The notes beneath the pieces are model-generated. The model searched no databases, was not told the origin of the DNA, and saw nothing but the letters and a program-made list of their open reading frames with translations. A stretch of 64,000 bases of DNA from Anaeramoeba ignava BMAN. Taxonomy: Eukaryota > Protista > Anaeramoebae. Of this stretch, positions 24,468 through 36,600 are shown piece by piece (position 1 is the stretch's first letter; every line of letters starts with the position of its first letter). Made by a program: the position numbers and the translations under genes. The DNA is taken from NCBI GenBank assembly GCA_028826165.1, contig JAPDFW010000126.1, positions 62,001 to 126,000 of the forward strand, written 5' to 3'.

Positions 24468-27400
24468 TTAAAATTTTGATTTAAAATTTATTTTAAATTT
24501 AGTTTCTTTTTCTTTTTCTTTTTCTTTTTCTTTTTCTTTTTCTTTTTCTTTTTGATTTCCTTTTGCTTTTGGGAATGAAATTTTTTTTTTTAAATTTTGA
24601 TTTTGTTTTTGTTTGAAATTTTGATTTTGTTTGATTTTTGTTCTTGGTTTTGGAAAATGAGATGGTTTATTAAATTGATTTTGCTTAAATTGATTTTGAT
24701 TTTGCTTAAATTGATTTTGCTTAAATTGATTTTGATTTTGATTAAATTGATTTTGATTTTGATTAAATTGATTAAATTGATTAAATTGATTTTGTTTTGA
24801 TTCATTCTTCAAAATATTCTTTTGTCTTGATAAAGTTGTTTTACTTCGTTTTCTTGTTTCAATTTTTGGAAATTGAACTTGTTCTTTTCGGTTATTTTGC
24901 AAAAAATTATCATCATGAACTCTTTTCACAATAGGTCTTGGAGGAGGTTTTCTTTTAGGCATAGTTGAATCAGGAAGTAATTTCTTAGCCATTTGAATTT
25001 TCCCTAAATCATTAGCAAAAATAGTTGATTTTCTATTTAAATTTTTAAACTTATTTCTTTGTTCTTGTTCTGATAAAACGGACCAATTAGTTTCCTTGAG
25101 TTGATTTAAAATATCAACACATTCATGATATTGTTGTCTTTTTGCTAGTTCAAGTGCTGATAAAAAACTTTCACGATATAACTGAGGATTAGCAGGATAT
25201 AAATTAGCTCCATAATGAAGAAGTCTTTTTAAAGCATAAACATTATTATTCAAAACAGCCGAATGAACTGGAGTAAATCGTGTTCCGTTTACAACATTAA
25301 TATCCACAAATGTATTGAGTAATAACAACTCAAGTATTTCCTCGCTTGTTCCCAAAGATGCAATATGCAAGGCTGTATTTTCATAATCATATTGATTTTT
25401 CCAATCAACTTGTGCTCCATAAACTAAACATTCATACAATTCTCCAAAATTTCCCTTTTTCACTGCTTGATAACATTTCATATTCAATAATTGTTGTTTT
25501 TTTTCCAAATCATTATTATCCTCACAAACAATAAAATTCTTGTTGACAAATTCCTTTTTTCCATATTTTCTTTCAATAAATTCCTTTTTGGCCGTCATAT
25601 CATCATCTGGTTTTGGATGATTGATGGTTTGCATATTTGCCTCCAAAATTGAGTTCAGTTTATTATTGCCCAATTTTTTAATAACACGAACAACTTGCCG
25701 ATCCAAATTGTCAAAAACTAAAGAACGAACAAGCATTCTTTGATTTTCTAAACCGCGCAATATTCCTGCGCATTCAATACACACAAAATTTCCAAAATTA
25801 AATGCACACCATTCTGGTGATTCAACTCCACATTCACTACATCTATTATTTCCTTCAATTTTGAATAATTCTTCTAATACTTGATTTCTTTGTGTATCAA
25901 ATGAGTTCATTTTGTTTTTTTCTGCGAATTTTGTAAATGTTTTTGAAATGTTGTTTTGCACTACTTGAATCCATTTTTGTGTTTCTGCTTCTGTTTCTGA
26001 TTGTAGAATATAAGTTCTTTGGGAAGAGTTGATTTCGAAGCAGTTTCTAAAAAGATATTTAAAATTTTTGATATTTTAAAATTTTATTTAATAATTTTAA
26101 ATTGAATATTTATTTTACTTTCTATTCACATCTAATTTTAGTTTAACTGAACAAAAACTTAAATCTACAATTCCAACTGGTGAAAGATCCTAATATTAAT
26201 TAAAATTAAAAATATAAATCAAAATTAAAAATATAAATCAAAATTAAAAATATAAATCAAAATTAAAAATATTAAATAAAATTAAAAATATTAATCAAAA
26301 TTAAAAATATTAATTAAAATTAAAAATATAAATCAAAATTAAAAATATAAATCAAAAAATTCAATCCACTTTTTTTTGATTTTTGATTTTTGATTTTTGA
26401 TTTTTGATTTTTAATTTTTGATTATTGATTATTGATTATTCATTTTTGATTTTTGATTTTTGATTTTTGATTTTTGATTTTTGATTTTTGATTTTTGATT
26501 TTTGATTTTTGATTTTTGATTTTTGATTTTTGATTTTTGATTATTGATTATTGATTTTTGATTATTGATTATTGATTATTGATTATTGATTTTTGATTAT
26601 TGATTTTTGATTATTGATTTTTGATTATTGATTATTGATTTTTAATTTTTAATTATTCATTATTGATTTTTAATTATTGATTTTTGATTATTGATTATTG
26701 ATTATTGATTTTTGATTATTTTCCAAAATTTACTTTCCAATCACGATAATAAAAAATATGATGATCTTTAATAACAAAAAATCTTTTTTTCCAAGATCTC
26801 ACACCTGAACTCGATAATTTAAAAAGATATCCACTTTTTCGAACATTATCTTTTGTTTTGTGTTGAATAATATCTTGTTTAGAAAGCATCTATTAAAAAA
26901 AAATCCAACAAACAAAATGAATTTTCAATCAGAAAATAAATTATTTGCAAAATCATTTACTTTCTTCAATTTCAATCTTTTTTTTTCTTTACTTTGATTA
27001 AATAAATCAAAATTTCTTTTTTCTTCTTCAATATTTTTTGTTAAATTATCAAGTGATGATTTTTTTGCATTTAATAAATCATAACCTTGATGAAAAAAAG
27101 CAATTTGAATATAAATTAAAGAACAAACTCTTTCAAGAAATTCAAATTTTTGTTTTTGTTGAATTTGTCTTAATTGTGATTCCAAATCAAAAGTTGCGAA
27201 AATATATTTTTCTTGAATTTTATTGTATTCTTTTTTTATATCATTGTATTTTTTTGGATCACATTTTGCAGAAGTTGAAATATATTTTGATAAACTTGAT
27301 TCTTTTTCTATTGCGATTTTATCTAAGTTTTTTCTTGCTTCTTTTGCTAAATTAAAGTCTACATTTAAAAATTCTTCTATTGGGTTAGAAAATGCTTTTT

Positions 27401-28806
27401 CAAATTGTGAGTACTAAATTTTAATTTTAATTTTAATTTTGATTTTGATTTTAATTTTGATTTTAATTTTAATTTAAATTTTAATTTGAATTTTAATTTT
27501 AATTTTAATTTTTAATTTTAATTTTAATTTTAATTTTAATTTTAATTTTAATTTTAATTTTAATTTTAATTTTATAAATTAATTTTAATTTTAAATTTTA
27601 TTTAAATTTTAATTTTTAATTTTAATTTTAATTTAAATTTTGATTTTAATTTGATTTGCAAAGTGGATTTACATTTAAATTAACGCATTCACTAACTAAA
27701 TGCATTATACTTCCAAGCCAAGATAAATTTTTAACTAAAATAAATCATTTATAAAAAAAAGTAAAAGGAAATTTTTTAATTAAAAAAGTTTAAATTGAAA
27801 ATCTTTTTACGTAAATTTTCATCTGCAATTGTAGAAAAACTTTTTCTATAATAAGAACCAATTTCATCAGCAAATTGTTTAGAATATTGACTAAATTCTA
27901 ATTTGAAATAATTTGGAAATAATTTAATAAATAATTTAATAAATAATTTAATAAATAATTGAATAAATAATTGAATAAATAATTGAATAAATAATTTAAT
28001 AAATAATTTAATAAATAATTTAATAAATAATTGAATAAATAATTTTATAAATAAATTAATAAATAATTGAATAAATAATTTAATAAATAATTTAAGAAAT
28101 AATTTAATAAATAATTTAATAAATAATTTTATAAATAATTTAATAAATAATTTAATAAATAATTTAATGGAGAATTTTATAAATAAATTGGAAATAATTT
28201 TATAAATAATTTAATAAATAATTTTTATAAATAATTTAATAATTAAATTGGAAATAATTTAATAAATAATTTTATAAATAATTTAATAAATAAATTTATA
28301 AATAATTTAATAAATAATTGAATAAATAATTTAATAAATAATTTTATAAATAATTTAATAAATAATTTAATAAATAATTTTATAAATAATTTAATAAATA
28401 ATTTAATAAATAATTTTATAAATAATTTTATAAATAATTTTATAAATAATTTAATAAATAATTTTATAAATAATTTAATAAATAATTTAATAAATAATTT
28501 AATAAATAATTTAATAAATAATTTAATAAATAATTTAATAAATAATTTAATGAATAAATTAATAAATAATTTAATAAATAATTTTATAAATAATTTAATA
28601 AATAATTTTATAAATAATTTAATAAATAATTGTATAAATAATTTTATAAATAAATTGGAACCTTTTGCTGTTTTGGAAATTTGAGTTGAAAGTTTAACGA
28701 GTCTAAATAAAAATGATTGTAAATCTTTAAGACTATTTTCTAATTGTCTTATTTCTGATTGAAATTGTGGACTATCTTTAACAATTCTATTCAAATTAAT
28801 TTTCAT
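24468..28806 (-). CDS. ACAP/centaurin-beta-like BAR-PH-ArfGAP-ankyrin protein, multi-exon
   Basis: N-terminal DSPQFQSEI (BAR), PH KSGYLFKLSSSGVRSWKKRFFVI and NCFEINSSQRTYILQ, ArfGAP CSEC-x16-CIEC...R, ankyrin TALHIA / TPVHSA. Confidence 0.9.
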
Positions 28807-28964
28807 AATAATAATAAAAGAGAATAAAAGAGAATAAAAGAGAATAAAAGAGAATAAAAGAGAATAAAAAAATGATTTATTTTTTTTTATTGAAAAATTT
28901 TTTTTAAAATTAAAAAATTAAAAAAAAAAGAAATTAAACAAATTAAACATTTTTAATTTTAATT

Positions 28965-29553
28965 TTAAAGATTAATTTCTTTCTTATTTTTTTCTATTTC
29001 TCCAACTGTTTCAATTAAATGTTGGAATGCTTGTGTAAATGTTGGAATATAACTATCAATTAATCCAACATTTAAATCAAGATCACCAATTAAAGAAAGA
29101 ATAATTGAATTTAATTGAATTTGAACCATAATTTTCTCTTTATAAAATGTTGTAATTGATTGATTTTCTCCAAAACCAAGTTTTGAAGTCTAATTTTTAA
29201 TTATAAAATTGAAATTCATTTATAAAATTAAAATTAAAATTAAAATTCAAATTAAAATTCATTTATAAAATTAAAATTAAAATTAAAATTATATCTAAAA
29301 TTATTACTTGATTTGATAAATTTGCAAAAAGTGGCCCAAAAATAAATTCTTTCTTTTGGATATTTTGGGTTTTTGAAACTATTTTATTTTGTTATTATTT
29401 TTTTATTTATTATTTTTTGAATTAAAAAAATTTTAATAAAATACTTTGATCTAAAACAACTCCTTGATTATCTGTAATATAAATTGTTTCAAGCCCAAAA
29501 ATTTTTTCTAAAAGATTTAAAAGAAAATTTTGAGTATCTTGTAATTGATTCAT
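28965..29553 (-). CDS. LAMTOR3: Ragulator complex subunit LAMTOR3 (MP1)-like, 3 exons; not in the ORF track
   Basis: Spliced MNQLQDTQNFLLNLLEKIFGLETIYITDNQGVVL...FANLSNQ|TSKLGFGENQSITTFYKEKIMVQ...LNVGLI matches the MP1 pattern (I.ITD.DGV; SKLGL..N.SI..Y; N.GLI). Confidence 0.8.
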
Positions 29554-29716
29554 TATTAAATTTAAAAAAAAGAAAAAAAATGAAAAAAATGAAAATAAAA
29601 AAATGAAAATAATTTTTTAAATTTTTAAGAAAAGAAAAGAAAAGAAAAGAAAAAGAAAAAATTAAAAGAAAAAATTCACATTTAAATTGAATTTTTGTTT
29701 ATAATTTGTTTTTTGT

Positions 29717-31094
29717 TTACAAATTTTCCAAATCTTTTTGATTTTTTTCATATTTAATTTGATTAATAATTTTTTGAATTCTTGATAAATTAACTTTTCT
29801 TGAATTTATTACTTGGTTTGTTTGATTTTCTTTAATTGTTTTTCTAATCCTAATAGGATTTTTTTGATATATTTGATTTTTTGGATAATTTTGATTATTT
29901 TGATTTAATTTTGGGAATTTTTTAAAACGAGAATTTTTTTTCAAAATTGGACGAATTATTCTTTGATTTGGAATTAAATCTTTTTTTTCTGGTTCAATTT
30001 CCTTTTTCTTCAAAGAAACCTCTAAATGTTTTAAATAAATTTCTTTTTGATTTAATTCAATTTCTTTTTGATTTAATTGATTTTCTTTTTGAATTAATTG
30101 ATTTTCTTTTTGAATTAATTGATTTTCTTTTTGAATTAATTGATTTTCTTTTTGAATTAATTGATTATTTGGATTTTGATTTGTTTGAATTTGAGTATTA
30201 AAAATGAAAGAATTTCTTTGTAAATTAATTTGAGTAATTTTAGCAAGAATTTCTGAAGCAGAAGGTCTTTTATTTTTCTAAAATTCAAATTAAATTAAAA
30301 TTCATTTTGAATTTAAAATTAAAATCGGATAAAAAATTTACATCAACTTGAAGCATTTCGGAAATTAAATCAAAAAGTTCAGAAGAATAAAAAGAAGGTA
30401 AATTTTGAAATTTTCCTAAAGAAATTTTCTTTCCCAATTCTGTTAAACTAAAAGCCTCAAAAGGAGGAGATAAACAAGCCAACTCATAAATCAAACAACC
30501 TAAAGACCAAATATCAGTTTTATCATCATGAATATTTCCGGCAAATTGTTCAGGTGACATATAAAAAGGAGTTCCAACATGAGTATGAGCAAATTGAGAA
30601 TCAGAATTAAGAGCACGAGCTAATCCAAAATCACCCAGTTTGATATTTTTTTGATTGTCAAGAAAAATATTATCAGGTTTAATGTCTCGATGAAGAATTC
30701 TCTTTCGATGACACTCAAACAAAGCAAGAATTATTTGAGTGAAAATTTTCCAAATTTTTGATTCTTTAATAAATGTGTTTTTTTTCTTATGCTTTTGTAT
30801 CATTTTGTGTAAATCCCCACCTTCACAATATTCCATTACAATAAATAATCTTTTATGTTTTGTATCAAGAACCCTTTCCAAATATCCAACAATATAAGGA
30901 TGTTCAAGTTCGCGAAGAATATTAACTTCTCGAACAATTAATTCTAATTCTTTTTCACACATTCTTCCAAAATATATTTCTTTCCAAACAAATATTTTTG
31001 AATCTGATATTCTTTTGATTTTTTTAACGATTCCAAAACTTCCTTTTCCAATAACTTCTAATTCTTGATATTTTCCAATTTGTAAATCAGTCAT
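29717..31094 (-). CDS. NIMA-related (NEK2-like) Ser/Thr kinase with coiled-coil tail, 1 intron (~30342-30278)
   Basis: GKGSFG, FVWKEI, EVNILREL, IVMEYCEGGDL, HRDIKPDN, DFGLAR, VGTPFYMSPE; frame continues through QLIQKEN repeats into the 29717-30013 ORF. Confidence 0.9.
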
Positions 31095-31399
31095 TAATTC
31101 TTTTTTTTTTTTTGACAATAAAATAAAACAAAAATGAAACAAAAATGAAACAAAAGAAAGAAAGAAAGAAAAATGGAATTGATTTTTTCTTTTTCTTTTT
31201 CTTTTTCTTTTGATTAATTAAAATTGAAATTGAAGAATTAACGAATAATATTAACGTTAATTGAAAAGAAGAAAAAAAAAATGGAAAAAAAGTGGAAAAA
31301 AAACGTTAATATTAAATTTTTTGAAAAGAAAAAAAAAAAAGAAGAAAACTTGAGGAAAATTCTTGTTAGGAATTTTTTTTTGAAAGAATTTTTTTTTCA

Positions 31400-33229
31400 T
31401 CAATTATTTTCATCATCTTTTTCTTTTTCTTTTTCATCATCAGATTTCTTTTCTTTTTCATCATCAGATTTCTTTTCTTTTTCTTTTTCATCATCAGATT
31501 TCTTCTCTTTTTCATCATCATCAGATTTCTTCTCTTTTTCTTTTTCATCATCAGATTGCTTTTCTTTTTCTTTTTCATCATCAGATTTCGATTTCTTTTC
31601 TTTTTCTTTTTCATCATCATCATCATCAGATTTCGATTTATATTCCTTTTCTGTGGAATCTTCATCATCAGATTTCTTTTTATCTTGTTTTTGGACATTT
31701 TCTCTAAAATATTTATGTTTATTCTCCAAAAAAAGGTCAATAAAATTTTGTCTTTCTTCTTTTGAACGGAAAACCAAATGAATATTTTTGGATTGAATAC
31801 TAATTAACAAAGAATTATTAGCTTTTGAGATTGAAATCTGCATATCCTTTTCATAAATAAAAGGAGCATTTCCCTTAGGCAAAGTGACTAAAAGAGATTT
31901 AGGTTTAACAGAAATTGTTCCAAGTTGTTTTGTAGAAATGATATAAATATGAAATTCATTTGAATTAAGTTGAATATTTTTTGTTGGTTGAAAAATCTCT
32001 TGAAAATCTTCCACTTCATTATTAACTTGTTGATTTTCATTATTTTGATTTTTCTCTTCTTTTTCACTACTATAATGATCACTAACTTCTTGTTCTTTTG
32101 AATCAGATAAATCCTCTTCCAAAATTGGTTCTTCTTCTTTTAAACTTTGTTTGAATTTTTTTAAATATTTTATAAAAGCATTTTTCATTTCCGTTGCAAT
32201 TTCTTCTGTTTCAACTTTTAAACAAAATAAACCTTGATTTTTGAGATGAATAGTCCAATGAAGTGGTGATTGTTTGTTCTCTAGTATTTCAATATCTTCA
32301 TCATTTTGTGAAAATTTGTTTTGGAAATGAACAAATTCTCCTTCAACTAACATTAATCCTTTTCGTTTGATAATTAATTTTACTTTTGAAATTTGAAGTC
32401 CAAATGGTGTTGTTAAGACACACTTTTTAATTTTTAATTTTTAATTTTTAATTTTAATTTTAATTTTAAATTAATTTTAAATTAATTTTAATTTTAATTT
32501 TATAAATGAATTTTAATTTTAATTTTAATTTTAATTTTAATTTTAATTTTAATTTTAATATCAAAATGAATTTTATAAATGAATTTTAATTTTAATTTTA
32601 ATTTTAAATGAATTTTAATTTTAATTTTAATTTTAATTTGAATTTTTAAATGAATTTTTAAATGAATTTTTAAATGAATTTTTAATTTACATCAAAAGAT
32701 TTCCTGATTCTTGTTCCAATATATTCAAGTGTTGGTTGTTGTTGTTCTTGTTTTAAACGTTGAAGTTCAGCTTTTTTTTGAGAAATTAATTGACCAAAAT
32801 TACTTGCAAAAGTAGGAGAATCAAATTTTAATTGAAATCTAATAGTTCCACCAATATATAAAAGAATTTGATTAGGTTCTTTTTGATTTAAATAAGCCTA
32901 AAAAAAAAAATTTCAAAGAATCAAAAAAAAAAAGCAAAAAAAAATTTTTAAATTAAAAAAATCGTTTTTTGCTTTTTTTCCGTTATTTTAATTTATAATT
33001 TACAGTTGAATCTGTTTGAATTTTAAATTTTTCTTCTTTTTTAGTTCTTAAATTAAAAAAAGTTAATTGAATTGATTCTATTGTTATTCTGTAATAATCT
33101 GAATCTTTTTTGTTATCAAGAATAATTTGTGCATAAAATGGTAAGTTTTCTTCTGACTTTTTTATATTTTTTATATAAAAAAATTATTATTTTATTTGTT
33201 TTTTTAATTTCATAAATTTTTTTTACCAT
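31400..33229 (-). CDS. Hypothetical protein with possible tandem PH-like domains and an acidic (KKSDDEKE)n tail; 4 exons
   Basis: ATG immediately followed by GT; exons ~33157-33004, 32898-32691 and 32423-31400 splice in frame. Confidence 0.65.
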
Positions 33230-33631
33230 TTTTTTTTATTATTGTAATTTAAATTGAATTGAGGAAAATCTTTAAAAAAAGAAAAATGAAAAAATGAAAA
33301 AATGAAAAAATAAAATTTTTTTTTCTTCATTTTTAATAAAAGAAAAATCAACATTTAATTTTAATTTGAATTTGAATTTAAATTTTAATTTTAATTTTAG
33401 ATTTGAATTTGAATTTTAATTTTAATTTTAATTTTAATTTTAATTTTAAATTGAATTTTAATTTTAATTTGAATTTGAATTTGAATTTGAATTTTAATTT
33501 TAATTTTTAATTTTAATTTTAATTTTAAAATGAATTTTAATTTGAATTTTAATTTTAAATTTTAATTTTAAATTGAATTTTAATTTGATTGGAATTTTTG
33601 GATCTTATTTTTGGATCTTATTTTTTGGATC

Positions 33632-36600
33632 TTATTTTTTTGTGAGAACTTTTTTAAGATCTTCAATCCAAGGAATTAAAGCAGAAAGATATCCATTTGG
33701 AGAACGATAATCACCTTCACCAAGAGGTAATAAACTTTTCTGACTTAATTCTGAAAGTTTTTTGAAAAGTAATTTTCCAGCGATATTGAAATGAGGATAA
33801 AAAGAATCACCAACTCCAAAAACAGCAAATTTAAGTTTATTCAAAGAATTGGGAGACAAAGATTTCAAATGATTCCAAAAGGAAGTGGCATTTTCAGGAA
33901 AAGATCCATTCCAAAAAGTGGAAGTGACAAAAATAATGGTTTTTTCATGTTGAAGTGAAGCGAAATTAAATGAATCCATTTCAAGAACTCGTGATTTTGC
34001 TTTGAAACTGCATTCTTCTCCAATTCGAAAAGCAACTGTTTCGGCATCTCCAGTTTGAGATCCGTAGAGAACAAGAAGACCATTTTTTTGAGGAATATTT
34101 TCATTAATTTGACGTCTTTTTGTTTGCGGTGTTTTTTTTGTTTTAAGAGATGAGTAATGAATCGGATGGAAATTTTGTGTATGGAGATATTCATAAGAAA
34201 TATGAATTGAAGGTGATTTAAAGAAATCAGTATAAAGTGTTTGAACATCTGAATTATCGTTTGGATTTTGAATTGAAAATTTTGAAGTGATTTGATTGGA
34301 ACATACAATTCTTTTTGGAAGAATATTCATTTTTGATTTAGGTTGTCCACCTCCTCCAATACATCCTCCTGGACATGCCATAATTTCAACAAAATCGAAG
34401 TCATGATTTCCTGATTGCACTTTGTTTAAGAATGTTCGAATGCTGGATGATCCATCAATTACTGCTACTTTGATTCTTCTTCCTTCCATCATTAGTGTTC
34501 CTTCTGTCATGTTCGGGATTCCAAAAACTTCATTCATTTCTAATTTTGGAAATTCTTTTCTTGTTTGTGATTCATATAAACAACGAAGAGTAGATTGCTA
34601 TTTTTGAATTTGAATTGAAATTTATTTTTAAAGAATTTGAATTGAAATTTGAATTTAAATTGAAATTTGAATTTTAATTTGAATTTTTTACTAAAACACC
34701 TCCAGCAACAGAGAACGAACATCCAGCTGATGATGTTATAGAAAAAGGTGGATCAAAAGAATCTTCTTCAAGTTTCCGTAAATCAATAGAATGATTTTGA
34801 AGGATTTTTCCAAACTCTCTTACAGTAATTGATAAATCAACATCAGAAATATTTTCAGATTGAATATTTTTCAATTTATTCTGATATTTGTTTGCAATAC
34901 AAGGAGTGATCGTAACACATCGAATATTTTCAGGAGATTTTTCCAATTTTTGAGCAAAATAGCTTTTGACAACTGATCCAAAAATTTGGTTTGGTGATTT
35001 TGTTGTTGATAAATGAGGAATCAAAGAAGGATAAAGTTTTTCAATCATGTAAACCGAAGAAACACAATTTGATGTTAAAATAGGTAAAATAGCTTGAGTA
35101 TCATTAAGTCTTTTCATTAATTCTGTTGAAAGTTCAATAGCATAAATATCTGATGAAAATTGAAGACTAAAAATTGTGTGAAATCCAAGAATTCTTAATG
35201 ATTTAACAATTTGTCCTGGTGTGATTGCACCTAATTCCTTGCCATAAAGTTCACTAATTGTTGTGAATAAGGAAGGATCAATTCCAACAACAAGATGATA
35301 ATCATTTTTTTGAGTTAAGAATTGTTCAAAGATGTGAGTTTCATCAAATTCAGAAAGAGCATCACTTGGGCAATAATAACTATTAGAAAATTTTTAATTT
35401 GATTTAAATATTTTGATTTGATTTAAATATTTTGAATTAATTTGAATATTTTGAATTAATTTAAATAATTTGATTTAATTTGATTTGAATATTTTGAATT
35501 GATTTAAATATTTTAATTTAATTTAAATATTTTAATTTAATTTAAATATTTTGGTTTGATTTAAATATTTTGATTTGATTTAAATATTTTGATTTAATTT
35601 AAATATTTTTGATTTGATTTAAATATTTTGAATTAATTTAAATATTTTGATTTAATTTAAATATTTTTGATTTGATTTAAATATTTTGATTTAATTTAAA
35701 TATTTTGATTTAATTTAAATATTTTGAATTGATTTAAATATTTTGGATTGATTTAAATATTTTGAATTAATTTAAATAATTTGATTTGATTTAAATATTT
35801 TGAATTAATTTAAATATTTTGAATTAATTTAAATATTTTGAATTAATTTGAATATTTTGAATTGATTTAAATATTTTAATTTGATTTAAATATTTTAATT
35901 TAATTTAAATATTTTAATTTAATTTAAATATTTTGAATTGATTTAAATATTTTGAATTGATTTAAATATTTTGATTTGATTTAAATATTTTGAATTGATT
36001 TAAATATTTTGAATTAATTTGAATATTTTGAATTAATTTAAATAATTTGATTTAATTTGATTTGAATATTTTGATTTGATTTAAATATTTTAATTTAATT
36101 TAAATATTTTGAATTAATTTAAATATTTTAATTTGATTTAAATATTTTGATTTAATTTGAATATTTTGATTTGATTTAAATATTTTAATTTGATTTAAAT
36201 AGTTTGATTTGATTTAAATATTTTGATTTAATTTAAATATTTTGATTTAATTTGAATATTTTGATTTGATTTAAATATTTTGATTTAATTTGAATATTTT
36301 TGATTTAATTTGAATATTTTTGATTTGAATTTAAATATTTTGATTTAATTTGAATATTTTGATTTAATTTAAATATTTTAATTTGATTTAAATAGTTTGA
36401 TTTGATTTAAATATTTTGATTTAATTTAAATATTTTGAATTGATTTAAATATTTTGAATTGATTTAAATATTTTAATTTGATTTGAATATTTTGAATTGA
36501 TTTAATTTAAATATTTTGAATTAATTTGAATATTTTGATTTGATTTAAATATTTTTGATTTAATTTGAATATTTTTGATTTGAATTTAAATATTTTGAAT

